Positions 18,471-29,592 of a DNA stretch of 64,000 bases are shown piece after piece. A program made the position numbers and the translations under genes. The notes below the pieces were generated by a model. The model ran no database searches. It had not been told where the DNA came from and saw nothing but the letters and a program-made list of their open reading frames with translations. The first letter of the stretch is position 1, and every line of letters begins with the position of its first letter. Source of the DNA: a virus; IMG/VR virus record IMGVR_UViG_3300031221_000001, positions 31,138 to 95,137 of that record, one strand, 5' to 3'.

Positions 18471-20099
18471 ATGGCAACAGAGTTCAACTTTAACGGTCAA
18501 TTAATTAAGCTACCAGGTGCATATGCCGAAATCAAATCTGGAATCAACAATGCTCCTTTAGCATTTTCTTATGGAAATGTTTTAGTGATCGACACAGACT
18601 CAAGCAATGAGTTTGGAGGAGGTTCTGGAATTAATGGAGAGAGTGCTGAAGGGCAAGATTCAATCTATACCTTCGACAATGTAAGAGACGTTCGACAATT
18701 TTTAGGAGGTGGCGAATTGTGGGACAATGTAGGACCCTTATTTCGACCTTTTGGCTCTGGATCTCAAGGAGTCAGTAACTTAATCTACATTAGAGCATTA
18801 ACTACTGTAGCAGCTACATTGGAATTGACACTAGAGAACGGAGCATTAACGTTTGCCGCAAAGCATGAAGGCCTTGTAGGAAACGGAGTGGAAGTCGATG
18901 ATGAATTAATTAAGGGATTTGCAGTAACCGTTGAAGCAGGAACATTAAGTACTGACAAATTTAGATTAAGATTCTGGAGAGGAACTTTTACAGGAAACGC
19001 ACAAGATGGTCGCTCATATAACGGACTGTCTCAAGAGCAGTCTAGACCAAGATTACTTGCAACATCACCTGAGGTAGCAACGATTCAAGAGATAATCGAC
19101 TGGGCTGAAGCGAATTTTGATTTCAACAATCACTTTTTGCTAACAGGCAACACAATTTCAAATACTGGAGAGATCGTATCTGGAGATCTAACGTCACTAG
19201 CTGGAAACAACTTATTTAGCGGAGGAACTCAAACAAGCGCTCCAGCAGACATGGATGCAGTTTTAGATGCAATTACCAAACTAGATTATACTCACATCTA
19301 CAGTCTAGAAAGCGGAATAGACGCTTTAGGAGTCAACAACTTTAAAATATTATCTCACTTAGAGAGTGAAGCTAGATATGAAAAATTCCTAGTAGTTGCT
19401 GGAGGTGAAGACAAAGACACATTCCAATCGCAAAGTATCGCTTCTGCAACAGCATTTAACAGTCAAAAAGTGATACTTTGTCACGGAGGATGTTACGATA
19501 GAGGAATTTCTGGAACTGCTGGATTGAGAAAGAAAAATGCAAGATATCATGCAGCGTACATTATTGGAAGAGTTGCAGGATTGCCACCACAAACTCCACC
19601 AACATTCAAAGGACTAGGATATTTAGGAGAGTTGCACAAAATGACGGACAGTGAAAGAGAGCTTGCACTAGATGCGGGAGTGATCACTACTTATTTAGAC
19701 GATGAAATAGGATCCTCTGTCATCACTCAAGGGGTTAACACACTGCAGAAGAATGACAATTTAGTCAATGAGGATGGCACGTCATATTCTTGGCAATTAA
19801 TGAGAATTGCTGCTCAGTTGAACAAAGAAATAGTAATCAACGCTAAAGTTCAACTTTTAGGAAACCAAAACGAAGGACCTAATAGAGCAACACTTTCTCC
19901 AGAAGTAGTTCAAGAGTGGGTTAGAGGTTTCTTGAAAAACAAGACTGCAAGGGCAACAGAAGACGATCTAATCTTATCATCACAAGATGTGACTGTAACG
20001 ATAGATCAAGATGCATACTGCATTAATTATGCATTTGTGCCAAACTTTGAAGTAAATAAACTATTTTTCACTGGATTAATTTTAGATCCAAACATATAA
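18471..20099 (+). CDS. Contractile tail sheath protein
   Basis: N-terminal F.G..IKLPGAY; LSHLE..A; PPTFK; ITQGVNT. Confidence 0.9.
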   Translation: MATEFNFNGQLIKLPGAYAEIKSGINNAPLAFSYGNVLVIDTDSSNEFGGGSGINGESAEGQDSIYTFDNVRDVRQFLGGGELWDNVGPLFRPFGSGSQGVSNLIYIRALTTVAATLELTLENGALTFAAKHEGLVGNGVEVDDELIKGFAVTVEAGTLSTDKFRLRFWRGTFTGNAQDGRSYNGLSQEQSRPRLLATSPEVATIQEIIDWAEANFDFNNHFLLTGNTISNTGEIVSGDLTSLAGNNLFSGGTQTSAPADMDAVLDAITKLDYTHIYSLESGIDALGVNNFKILSHLESEARYEKFLVVAGGEDKDTFQSQSIASATAFNSQKVILCHGGCYDRGISGTAGLRKKNARYHAAYIIGRVAGLPPQTPPTFKGLGYLGELHKMTDSERELALDAGVITTYLDDEIGSSVITQGVNTLQKNDNLVNEDGTSYSWQLMRIAAQLNKEIVINAKVQLLGNQNEGPNRATLSPEVVQEWVRGFLKNKTARATEDDLILSSQDVTVTIDQDAYCINYAFVPNFEVNKLFFTGLILDPNI

Positions 20100-20108
20100 T
20101 CAACAATC

Positions 20109-20588
20109 ATGGCAGATAAAGTATTGACAGCTCCATTGGCATTAATTAAAGTTAATGGAGTCACCATAGGAAAGATGAAGAACTTGAGAATCACAGAAAC
20201 CTTCAGAAGAGGTAGAGTTAGTGGCATCGGTGAAGTTGTAGCTTCTGAAGTTCCTGTATTGGAATTTAACGGAACCGTAACTTCAGAATTCTATGAAATA
20301 GATTTCTCGACAACAGGAATTCCAGATGCAATTAAAAGAAAAGCTACCTCTGTTCAAGGATTTATTGACAACATTCTTCTTCAAGAAGAGGGAGTTAATA
20401 TAGTGATCTTTAAGAAAGTTACAGACTTTACAGATCCTCAAACAGGACTGTTGAGAGCTAAACTTAAAGAGCATGCGACGATAACTAGAGCATTCATCGA
20501 TAGAGAAGGAATGGATGTTTCTGAAGGACAAATCAGTGGACATAACCAGGACTTCACTTATCTAGATCCAATTCTATCTAGCTTATAA
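20109..20588 (+). CDS. Tail tube protein
   Basis: Follows sheath; VSGIGEVVASEVP. Confidence 0.85.
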   Translation: MADKVLTAPLALIKVNGVTIGKMKNLRITETFRRGRVSGIGEVVASEVPVLEFNGTVTSEFYEIDFSTTGIPDAIKRKATSVQGFIDNILLQEEGVNIVIFKKVTDFTDPQTGLLRAKLKEHATITRAFIDREGMDVSEGQISGHNQDFTYLDPILSSL

Positions 20589-20610
20589 ATTAATTGCAAA
20601 ACCGTATAAA

Positions 20611-21000
20611 ATGGAAAGCTTAAAAAGAGCCCTAACGTTCAACGTTAAAGGAAATCAGTACAACATTAAAACTCCAACGTCAGGACAGTTATGGGATGTG
20701 GAAGAAATGAAAGCATTATTGACTAACGGTCAATACGGAAACGTATTGAATCACAGAACGTATTGGTCTGAGTATAACTTAGACAACGTAGACATGTTTG
20801 CTTATATCTCAGTATTGTGCCCACAAGTGATTAAAGACTTAGAGGTAGAGACGTGGAAAGACTTAGATCCTTTCGACTTGGCAGAGTTGAAGAACGCATA
20901 CAAAAAACAATTTCTTCCGTGGTATAATGAGTTTACTAAAATGCTGAAATCTGTAGAAAAGCAAAACGTAGACTCTCCTGATGAAAAATCTGATAAATAA
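20611..21000 (+). CDS. Tail assembly chaperone
   Basis: Between tube and tape measure genes. Confidence 0.6.
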   Translation: MESLKRALTFNVKGNQYNIKTPTSGQLWDVEEMKALLTNGQYGNVLNHRTYWSEYNLDNVDMFAYISVLCPQVIKDLEVETWKDLDPFDLAELKNAYKKQFLPWYNEFTKMLKSVEKQNVDSPDEKSDK

Positions 21001-21448
21001 ACTATTTCGGGCACTATCGTCGACGAAAAGGCCTCTTGAAAAACATCAAGAGGTTTCTTCGTTAACGTTGATAGATCAGGCAAGAAGAGATGTCAAGCCT
21101 TCATACAATTCATCCAGTGACTTAAAAGAATTCATTACTCGATGGAACGCGATGTATCCGATAGACAGATGGTGGAGAGAGAAGTATAGAATCCCACTGA
21201 ACAGTCCAGAACATAGAAGGGCTGTGGTGCTAGATATGAAATTAGATTGGGAAGAAGACTTACTGTACAGACAAGTCAAAACTGAAATAGGTACACAAAG
21301 TAAAACAAAATACGTTCCAGGTCGAGGAGCGTGGTTAAAAAAGCGTGAAATTGAAAAGCCAACAGACGATCAGGTTAACGATATGTTCGATGGTTTAGAT
21401 TTATCTAGAATTGAAGGAGGTGAAGATTCTTCAGAAATAATAGTATAG
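20981..21448 (+). CDS. Second tail assembly chaperone-like protein
   Basis: WWREKYRIPLNSPEH pattern; lies directly before the tape measure gene. Confidence 0.55.
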   Translation: MKNLINKLFRALSSTKRPLEKHQEVSSLTLIDQARRDVKPSYNSSSDLKEFITRWNAMYPIDRWWREKYRIPLNSPEHRRAVVLDMKLDWEEDLLYRQVKTEIGTQSKTKYVPGRGAWLKKREIEKPTDDQVNDMFDGLDLSRIEGGEDSSEIIV

Positions 21449-21449
21449 C

Positions 21450-23180
21450 ATGTCCCAGTCTAGGAGAGAAATAGTATTTAATGCAAGAGATAACGGAGTA
21501 GGTGACTTTATGTCAAAGCTTCGTCAATCGGCAAATGAGTTAGGTAGAGACTTGATTAGAGAGTCGATGCAAAACTCTAGTAGTGCTCAAGAAGCAGTTA
21601 AGTATTACGAACAACAAGTTCGATTGCTTGAGAAAAAAACTCGACTAGAGCAGAAAAGTACTAGAGCGTCTCTAGACAGCAGATACAACAATCTACTAGG
21701 AAAGGATGGTGCCAATCAATCCAAATTAAGTAGCGACTACAAAGATCAAATTTCAGACCTACAAAGAAGTACTCGAGAAGACACAATTCAGCTCGACTTA
21801 CTTAGAGAACTGATTGATACAGTCAAGTTGACCTCAAACGAAGAAGTTCGTTCAGACAACAAAAACTCTACAAGAGAACAAAGTAGTGCTGAAAGAAGTA
21901 GATTAGCTTCAGACGTAGGTCCAGAAGCGACTGATCTAGCAGATCAGCTTTCTGAAGAAGGTGGCGGAGGATCTGGCGGAGGATCTGGCGGTAAGAGATC
22001 GAGACTCTCAGGACTTAATGTAGGATCGTTAATGAAAAAGGTTGCTACTTCAGGAGATTCAGTTGGTGCAGTCAACAGTGTCTTAGAACAGGCCAATGAC
22101 ATGGAGATCATGGGTACTGGATTGGGAATTCTAACTGGAGTGATAGGAACTAGTGTCGCTGCATTAAATATTCGTGCGCAAAGAGAGAAGTCAGCAGAAA
22201 TGATGTCAGCTCTTTCTGGACTATCAATAGATTCAATACTTGATCAAGGAATTGGAGGTACAGAGTTTGGGGGATACGGAGCAGGCACCTTAGGAGTGTC
22301 GAGAGAAGATTTCTTATCAAACAACATTCCAAGTACAATTAGAGCGTTAGGAACTAGTAGAAATGCTGGAAGAAGTGCTGTTCAATCATTAGAAGTTCAA
22401 AAAGGATTCGGAGTAGATCAGTCTACTGTAGGAACGCTGGATAGATTAAGTAGGGTGATGGAAGGCGTTGCAGGATCTCAAGCATTGGCTTCTAAAGTGT
22501 ACAGCAGTATGTACGGAACAGGAGCTCTTGGCCAGAACAATAATGATATGGCTAGAATGCAAGACATTATGCAAGGATTCGCGTCATTTCAAGAGGGACA
22601 ATTTATGCGATCTGGAACTGTTGACGGAACAACTACGCTAGGACTAATGCGGTCTCTACAAAATCTTGGAGGAAACTTTCAAAGAGACGACTATGCGTTC
22701 GATACAATAAACCGACTAAATTCTGGACTGTCACAAGGAGGATCTCCAGAATCTAATGCAATAAAATTTGACGTTTTAAGAAGGCAAAATCCAAACAAAA
22801 GCTTTTTTGAGCTTCAAATGGAAATGGAAAAAGGTGTCAACTCAAAAGGATATCTTAGTGGGATGTTTGATTATGTCAAGAATACTGGAGGAGATGTTAA
22901 TAGTCAATCAATGCTATTTGATCAACTGACTGGAGGATCTATGAGAAAGAAAGATATTTTCGACTTAATTTCTGGGAAAACTAGCCTAGATCAAATTAAT
23001 ACTGAAGGAGATGCTAGAGATCCTAGCATTCAACAAAGAGCAGCTAGTGCCAGTTCTGGAGCTCAGGCCGAACTATTGAATTTCACAGAATCGTTTAAGG
23101 ACGTAATGGAGCCTGTTGGAGAACAAATTGAAGAACTAATCAAATTGGTTGGTGAAATGAATAGAAAAATAGACCTATAA
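21450..23180 (+). CDS. Tape measure protein
   Basis: Helical, Gly/Ser/Ala-rich, 576 aa; synteny. Confidence 0.7.
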   Translation: MSQSRREIVFNARDNGVGDFMSKLRQSANELGRDLIRESMQNSSSAQEAVKYYEQQVRLLEKKTRLEQKSTRASLDSRYNNLLGKDGANQSKLSSDYKDQISDLQRSTREDTIQLDLLRELIDTVKLTSNEEVRSDNKNSTREQSSAERSRLASDVGPEATDLADQLSEEGGGGSGGGSGGKRSRLSGLNVGSLMKKVATSGDSVGAVNSVLEQANDMEIMGTGLGILTGVIGTSVAALNIRAQREKSAEMMSALSGLSIDSILDQGIGGTEFGGYGAGTLGVSREDFLSNNIPSTIRALGTSRNAGRSAVQSLEVQKGFGVDQSTVGTLDRLSRVMEGVAGSQALASKVYSSMYGTGALGQNNNDMARMQDIMQGFASFQEGQFMRSGTVDGTTTLGLMRSLQNLGGNFQRDDYAFDTINRLNSGLSQGGSPESNAIKFDVLRRQNPNKSFFELQMEMEKGVNSKGYLSGMFDYVKNTGGDVNSQSMLFDQLTGGSMRKKDIFDLISGKTSLDQINTEGDARDPSIQQRAASASSGAQAELLNFTESFKDVMEPVGEQIEELIKLVGEMNRKIDL

Positions 23181-26126
23181 ATGAAATCGGTACTAGGACA
23201 ATTAGTAAACAATCAAGCTATTCGAGGAAACGATAGTGCAGGATCTGGGAGGTTCGGTAGTAGTAGGAAAAGGAACATTGATGGCAAGTGGATAAATATA
23301 CCACAAGGACATCAGGGATTGGATATAATCACTTTTCCTGGACAAGCGATAAAAAGTCCTATCAGTGGAAAAATTGTAAAAGTTGGGAAAGCATATTCAG
23401 ACGATTCAAGATTTGACACACTTCACATTCAAGGAGATGAGGAATGTTACAGCGGAATTAGGTGCAAATTACTATACATATCTTCATCAGTGTCAGGAAT
23501 ACTGAATAAAACCGTTACTAGAGGCGAAGTAATAGGAGTTGCTCAGAACATAAGCGTAAAATACAAAGGAGCGACGAATCACTTACATTTAGAGGTGTTT
23601 TTCAATGGACTGATTCAAGATCCAACTAGTCTTTTTGGTCCAGAAAGTTGTGACGCTATCGACAATTCAATAGCAATCTCAGAAGTTGCGAATTTATTGA
23701 ATCAAGAAAACACACAATTCACTGCAGTAGAATACATACACCACATAGATCAGCCAGCGCAAATTGAAGACTTATTATCTCAAGAAGAATTTCAAAAAGT
23801 CTCTTTAGATAAAAATCAACTATTGCAGATTAGATATGAGGGAAGAACTAATCACCGAAGACTGTATGAAGGCCTCTCAATAACTGAAAAGAAAAAGTAC
23901 AATAAAGGTTCAACAGAATACAGCCCTTCTGCGAACTATCCAATAGTACAAGGAACTACAATTTTCATTCCAGTAAAGTCTGTTACGATTCAGAGCGCTT
24001 ATGAAAGCAACATTACGGTGACGAAAACCGTCTCCACAAAGTATTTCGCGCCAATCCTTAGAGAACTGACAAACGATCCAGGATTTGTGCCAGGATCTAA
24101 GAATAGAGGAGTAGATGCAAAGGACATTAGGCCTCAACTAACAGTTTGGTTATGGTCAAGAACTAAGTACTTAGAGAGTGGAGGAGATGATGGATTCGTT
24201 GATCTTACAAAAGACATTGTATCGTGCAATACAGGGAATACAATGGTCGATGGAGGCAACTTTACCATAAACCTTGCTCCAGTAATTACTAGGCTAATTG
24301 AAGAGCAAGATTCAGAAGGAAATTCTAGAAGCTATTGGAAGAAGATCGACAGCGATCACTACTCAGATCAAGATTCGTCTGACAGCGTATCTCTAGGTCA
24401 TATAAATAGAGAAAGAGCTTTCACATCAAACACAATAGGTTCTGAGTACGTTAGAAACGATCTGTATTACGAGAAAATTATTCAACAAAACGATTTAGTT
24501 TTTATCTCTTTTGAGAAATTAAAGATTGAAGGAAATGATATTTTAAACTCAGTTGGTGGTAAGTGGTACGATATGATTGGACTAGTTGACATTGTAACTA
24601 GACAAGATACAGCATCGACTTCAGATGCAACGATGTCTATTAGAGGGAGAGATTTATTCAAAGTGCTTCAAGACGACAATAGCTACTTCAATCCATACAG
24701 TATTGGACACGTAAATAGCTTGTATGGAGGAGAGTTGGGATCTCGATTTCTTCAAGGAGAGTTCAAAGAGATTTCAGCAATCATTCCGAGATCAATTAGA
24801 GACTCGATTGAATTCATTTTTCACAGAATAGCTTCAATTGGATATGTTCCGAATGATATTTTTAAAGACTTTACAAACAAAACCCAAACAACAAAGACCG
24901 TAAAAGGTGAAGACAAAAACGTAGAGAAGCAGGTTAAAGGAGTTTGGCAGTTGTTCAAAGTATTTATCGATCAATCGATTCAAGATTTAAAGGTAATTGA
25001 TGACAGTGTTGCAAATCCTAACGGATCTGTGTTGCAAATAATTAGAAAAATTTGTCAACAAGAATTTGTAGAATTTTTCGGTGACACCTATGGCGATAAA
25101 TACTATTTGACTTGTAGAAAGCCTCCATTTACATTTGATGCAGTCAGTCAAGCAGTTTGGAACTTAGATACAGTAGACGAAGACTTTTCTTCATTCCAAC
25201 AAGAGCAGCAAACTCCTGTAGGTCAAGCGACTACGCAACAAAAAAATCGATACGCTCAGAGAGAGGTTAGAAAACAGAAAGAGGTTGATGCAAGACAGAA
25301 TACAAACGACATAGTAATTGACGACAACAATGACACAGCATTTGCTGTTCAAGGACTAGACGAAGCCGTAGTTACTGTTTCGGAGAACTATCCAAGAGTA
25401 ATTAATATCAATGAAGACGACATTCACACATCAAATTTACAGTTCACTAACGAATATTATGCATGGTACAAACTAACAGATAAGGGGAATTTTGCTGGCA
25501 ATGCTGTAAATTTAGGACACGTTCCAGCGATATATTTTGACGAATACGCTCAGATTTTTGGAAACAGAATGCTAGATGTGACAAACAATTACAGCAACTA
25601 TAACTTTTTTGATCACAAAGAAGGCGAGAGAGAAGCAGACTTGTACGCTGAACAGGCATCTCAACTACTATCGTTTCTAGTAGAATCCAACATATATCTA
25701 CCATTCACAAGGCAAGGAACGATTACGATTAATGGGGACCGAAGAATCAAAAAAGGACATTGGATATATTATAGGCCTACCAAAGAATTCTTTTATGTTA
25801 CAGGAGTAGATCATTCAATTGCAATAAGTAAAGACAGTATTGATCGAACGACAAGATTGACGGTTGAGAGAGGGATGGTCAAATCTTACATTAGAAACAA
25901 GCCAGTCACAGTAACGGACAGATCAGGACAGGAAAGGCAGATTGACGTATCGTACTTCAATATAGTGGATATTGAAAAGCTAAAGGACGGAATATATGAC
26001 GTTGTGACTAAAGGATCAGCAAGTGAAAAGTTTGATTACAAAGCAAACATGTCTCTAAATGTAGATGTGATGGACTTCTTTTTACAGAAAAGACAATTTG
26101 AACAAAAGTATCAGTATGAAGACTAG
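23181..26126 (+). CDS. Baseplate hub / tail-associated lysin with an N-terminal M23 peptidase
   Basis: HQGLD and HLHLEV M23 zinc motifs; large C-terminal hub-like region (GRDLFK.L, ITINGDRRIKKG, FYVTGVDH). Confidence 0.75.
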   Translation: MKSVLGQLVNNQAIRGNDSAGSGRFGSSRKRNIDGKWINIPQGHQGLDIITFPGQAIKSPISGKIVKVGKAYSDDSRFDTLHIQGDEECYSGIRCKLLYISSSVSGILNKTVTRGEVIGVAQNISVKYKGATNHLHLEVFFNGLIQDPTSLFGPESCDAIDNSIAISEVANLLNQENTQFTAVEYIHHIDQPAQIEDLLSQEEFQKVSLDKNQLLQIRYEGRTNHRRLYEGLSITEKKKYNKGSTEYSPSANYPIVQGTTIFIPVKSVTIQSAYESNITVTKTVSTKYFAPILRELTNDPGFVPGSKNRGVDAKDIRPQLTVWLWSRTKYLESGGDDGFVDLTKDIVSCNTGNTMVDGGNFTINLAPVITRLIEEQDSEGNSRSYWKKIDSDHYSDQDSSDSVSLGHINRERAFTSNTIGSEYVRNDLYYEKIIQQNDLVFISFEKLKIEGNDILNSVGGKWYDMIGLVDIVTRQDTASTSDATMSIRGRDLFKVLQDDNSYFNPYSIGHVNSLYGGELGSRFLQGEFKEISAIIPRSIRDSIEFIFHRIASIGYVPNDIFKDFTNKTQTTKTVKGEDKNVEKQVKGVWQLFKVFIDQSIQDLKVIDDSVANPNGSVLQIIRKICQQEFVEFFGDTYGDKYYLTCRKPPFTFDAVSQAVWNLDTVDEDFSSFQQEQQTPVGQATTQQKNRYAQREVRKQKEVDARQNTNDIVIDDNNDTAFAVQGLDEAVVTVSENYPRVININEDDIHTSNLQFTNEYYAWYKLTDKGNFAGNAVNLGHVPAIYFDEYAQIFGNRMLDVTNNYSNYNFFDHKEGEREADLYAEQASQLLSFLVESNIYLPFTRQGTITINGDRRIKKGHWIYYRPTKEFFYVTGVDHSIAISKDSIDRTTRLTVERGMVKSYIRNKPVTVTDRSGQERQIDVSYFNIVDIEKLKDGIYDVVTKGSASEKFDYKANMSLNVDVMDFFLQKRQFEQKYQYED

Positions 26127-27024
26127 AAGGATATACAGACAAATAGGACACTCAAAGATTGTAGGAGTTGGAGAGGATAGTCCTGTAGTTGGTTTTGGAT
26201 TTGCAATAATTCCAAACGACATGGACCGATCTACGTATATAAATCGATACTACAAGACAGGACTGTGTATGATCGTCAGTACATACAATGAAGTAATTAA
26301 AGACGTGAGAGTGCCTCTACACTTACTTCAAGAAATACAGTTTCCACAACAATCAGGAGCGTACGGATCATTAGTTTCTTGGAATTGCCAGCCTGTCACG
26401 AATCAGATTTCTTTAACAGGAATACATCAAGGACCAGGCAAAATTTTCCTTAAAAAAGAAAACGTGTGGACCACTTCTAGAACGATTGCTGGAAAGGGAC
26501 GAATATCGACTATAACAGACCTCAATACAAAGACTCATACAATCAACAGTCGAAACGACGAGAGTGTAGAAGGAGGAATCTCGCTGATATCGTCTAGTGA
26601 AGTAGGAAAGTCAAAGTTCAGTATATACAATAACGGATCTGCGATACTGGAGACAGATGACAAATTAGATGTGGTTTGTGAAAATCAAATATCGATTAAA
26701 ATAGGATCGGAAAAGCCTAGCCACTTAACTATTGATGGTGAAGGCAACTTATCATACACCGATCAGCACGAAAATACGGTCCGGATTACACAAGAAGGAA
26801 TATTGCAAGAAGCAAAGCTAATTCAGTTAGGCAAGGAGGCCGAGCAAGAAGCTATGCTTTCGGGAGAATGGAAGACTCTTCAAGAAAAGCTAATTCAAGC
26901 GATTCAATCATTGACCGTGCCAACAGCGCTAGGACCGTCAGGAACTCCAATCAATACGCAAGTGTTTAGTCAAATAGCACAAGAGCTAGATAAAGTGAAA
27001 TCTAAAAAAGTCACCCTAGAATAA
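26098..27024 (+). CDS. Baseplate central spike (gpV/gp5-like)
   Basis: Beta-rich repeats and C-terminal TVPTALGPSGTPIN; synteny. Confidence 0.65.
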   Translation: MNKSISMKTRRIYRQIGHSKIVGVGEDSPVVGFGFAIIPNDMDRSTYINRYYKTGLCMIVSTYNEVIKDVRVPLHLLQEIQFPQQSGAYGSLVSWNCQPVTNQISLTGIHQGPGKIFLKKENVWTTSRTIAGKGRISTITDLNTKTHTINSRNDESVEGGISLISSSEVGKSKFSIYNNGSAILETDDKLDVVCENQISIKIGSEKPSHLTIDGEGNLSYTDQHENTVRITQEGILQEAKLIQLGKEAEQEAMLSGEWKTLQEKLIQAIQSLTVPTALGPSGTPINTQVFSQIAQELDKVKSKKVTLE

Positions 27025-27485
27025 TGCTTAATCAAAAGATTCTTATACAAGAAATTCGTAAAATTGCAGATCAAGAAAGTCCGCAATTCGAACGCTTTCC
27101 TAAAACTTCAATCGAAGTTGCTGAGAGATGGTCAAAGGCAATTGACGTATACGCAAAGGCAATTGTACCACAATCAACGTCGTCAGCAAAGGCTAGGACA
27201 GAAATGATTGCTATAATGAGCACAATCTCTCCTACAGTAGACGGATTAACTATTCTCAGTCAAGCAATTACTACATACGCTATATCACTAGCGATAGGAA
27301 TGGGACCTACTTTTGTAGCAGTGCCTCCTACAATTCCGTTAGCACTAGCTTCAGTAGCTCCTGTAGGTCTGTCAGGAGGATCGTCTGATCAATGCTGTAC
27401 TCTACTTGGTGAAATTATTGACAAATGGTTCAGATTAGGGATAGCAGTAAATACATCAACGGGAGCGACTATCGTTTGGAATTAA
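27024..27485 (+). CDS. Baseplate-associated hypothetical protein
   Basis: Coupled to the spike gene; Pro/Ala-rich. Confidence 0.55.
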   Translation: MLNQKILIQEIRKIADQESPQFERFPKTSIEVAERWSKAIDVYAKAIVPQSTSSAKARTEMIAIMSTISPTVDGLTILSQAITTYAISLAIGMGPTFVAVPPTIPLALASVAPVGLSGGSSDQCCTLLGEIIDKWFRLGIAVNTSTGATIVWN

Positions 27486-27511
27486 ATTAGGATATTTACT
27501 GCAAAAATAAT

Positions 27512-27925
27512 ATGAGTCAGAGAATTGTAATAGATCGGTACAGCCCTGAAGAGTCTCAGACAATTGGAAAGTTCTACTTATTAGGTCAATCCGACAGTCT
27601 CTTGAAGGAGTGGGACTCTATGGAATTGCCATGGCTAAACAATCAACAATATATAAGTTGCGTTCCTATTGGAATTTACACTGCAATTAGACACTACTCA
27701 CCAAAGTTTGGAGAATGTCTATGGATTCAAGACGTTCCTGGCAGATCTGAGATATTAGTGCATTATGCTAACTATCACTATGACCTACTTGGATGTATTG
27801 GTATTGGTCAAGACCTAGCTTACATTGATCAAGATAAAGACATCGACATCACATCTTCTAGAAAATCAATGAGAGAGTTGATGGAATTAATAGAAGGAGA
27901 CGCGATAGAGATTGAAATAAAATAA
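27512..27925 (+). CDS. DUF5675-like protein (YkuD/L,D-transpeptidase-type His-Cys fold)
   Basis: ELPW.NN...SCVP.G.Y and VPGRSEILVHYAN...LGCIGIG. Confidence 0.7.
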   Translation: MSQRIVIDRYSPEESQTIGKFYLLGQSDSLLKEWDSMELPWLNNQQYISCVPIGIYTAIRHYSPKFGECLWIQDVPGRSEILVHYANYHYDLLGCIGIGQDLAYIDQDKDIDITSSRKSMRELMELIEGDAIEIEIK

Positions 27926-27928
27926 CGC

Positions 27929-28666
27929 ATGGCACTAGAATCAGCACAGCAAATTCAAAAATTCATAACAGACGCAGGAAAGGCGGGTGCAAACGCACTA
28001 TTTCCTAATGACTTTGAATATTATGCAATTACGCTTGAATTGACAGATTCTAAAGGAACCACTGTAGACTACTTGACTTTTCCTGTCAATCCTGAGGGAA
28101 TTGATTATAATGAAACTAGTTTAGTCAACATTAAAAAGACATTAGGTGGAGTAACTGCACTAGATACATCAAGCTTCATTCCAAAAAAATACACAATTAC
28201 AGGAACGTTTGGTAAAAAGTTTAGATTGCTACTAACAAAGCCTTCCACTAGTGAACTGTCTACAGATAAAGGAGTGTACGATAAAATTCAAAGTGGATTA
28301 GAAATCAAAACATCTGTATTGAACGCAAAGCTCAAAACAGGGTACGGAACCACAAAGCTATTAGAGGCAATCATAACAAAGTCTAGCGGATTAGATCAGT
28401 ACAATCGTCCAATGAGACTGTACTTATACAATCCTACTCTCAATCATAATTTTTTGGTTAAGAGTCAATCGATCATGTTACATCAAGACAAGCAGGCGTC
28501 GAATATGATGTGGAAGTACACACTAACGCTAACAGCAATTGCACCAATCGACAGATTGAAGGTCGATCAAGATGTAGACTCTTCTCTTTTGAACTCCTCA
28601 TCAATTTCTGTGTTGAGTAAAGGAGCGAACATTTTAGCTAAGAACATCAAACAAAGCATTTTTTAA
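27929..28666 (+). CDS. Baseplate / tube-initiator-like protein
   Basis: FPVNPE, KTLGG and ITGTFG motifs; synteny. Confidence 0.6.
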   Translation: MALESAQQIQKFITDAGKAGANALFPNDFEYYAITLELTDSKGTTVDYLTFPVNPEGIDYNETSLVNIKKTLGGVTALDTSSFIPKKYTITGTFGKKFRLLLTKPSTSELSTDKGVYDKIQSGLEIKTSVLNAKLKTGYGTTKLLEAIITKSSGLDQYNRPMRLYLYNPTLNHNFLVKSQSIMLHQDKQASNMMWKYTLTLTAIAPIDRLKVDQDVDSSLLNSSSISVLSKGANILAKNIKQSIF

Positions 28667-29592
28667 TGGCACTTCCAAACGACATAGTCTCACAATTTCA
28701 CAAATTGACTAGATATCCATTAGCTGAGTATCTAAATCAATTCGTCGACTTTATTGACGTTGATAGAAACAATATTTTAGAATATTATTCGGGAAACGTT
28801 GACGTTCCTAATAAAACTAGTTTTGAAAAACTAAACAACTTACTCAAGCACAGCTCGCTAATTAATGATACGATAGAGAATTATAGAGACAGAATGAATA
28901 ATGGAGCTTACTGGGAACTTGTTGAGCTTCTATCTAACATAGAAGTCTCTCTCTCAACAATTGAAAACAGCTCTAAGTGGTTACGATCTACAATTTCAAA
29001 AAACAACTTTACTCCACAAGTTGAGTTAAATTATGTACTAAAACAGTTAGAAACGTTAGAGGATGCTTCTGTCAAGTCTGGATCCAATGACAAGGACAAC
29101 GATTGGGTGACTATTGCATTAAGAAATGACCTAGAAGAAGAATTGTACACTCCAGACGGAGGGAATTCACTACTAATAGGATATCAAAACAAACTGACAG
29201 TAAGACTGCAATCAGTTGTTGATAATGTAGTAGGTGAAAAAGCATATGGACTAGACTTCAATAAAAAGCTGACCTTCAACCAAGAAGGACTTGAGGTGTT
29301 AGGCTATAAAGAAACGATGTCTCAGTCCGTCAATGTTCTAGCAAATTTGAGACAAGGAAACACTCCAGAATTTCCGCAAGACGGGATTCAAAGTGAGTTA
29401 GTTGTTGGAAGCAACAGAGCAGCGATTGCATATCCAGTACTGTTTAGACAGTTTTATGCAACTTTTAGAAGAGATGATACGTTAAAAGCACTAAGGATAA
29501 CCAATATAGAAAATACGCAAGAAGCACTTTTATTAGACTTCTCAGTAGAGACTAGATTGGGGGAAGAAATAGAACAAACAACGCAACTATGA
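28666..29592 (+). CDS. Baseplate wedge protein (gp25-like C-terminus)
   Basis: G.TPEFP..G motif; directly upstream of baseplate J. Confidence 0.6.
   Translation: MALPNDIVSQFHKLTRYPLAEYLNQFVDFIDVDRNNILEYYSGNVDVPNKTSFEKLNNLLKHSSLINDTIENYRDRMNNGAYWELVELLSNIEVSLSTIENSSKWLRSTISKNNFTPQVELNYVLKQLETLEDASVKSGSNDKDNDWVTIALRNDLEEELYTPDGGNSLLIGYQNKLTVRLQSVVDNVVGEKAYGLDFNKKLTFNQEGLEVLGYKETMSQSVNVLANLRQGNTPEFPQDGIQSELVVGSNRAAIAYPVLFRQFYATFRRDDTLKALRITNIENTQEALLLDFSVETRLGEEIEQTTQL

Noticed and set aside
20941-21000. Programmed frameshift joining the two tail chaperone ORFs
   Set aside because: The second ORF is in the +1 frame, has its own ATG, is closed by TAG at 20969-20971, and no clear slippery heptamer was seen.
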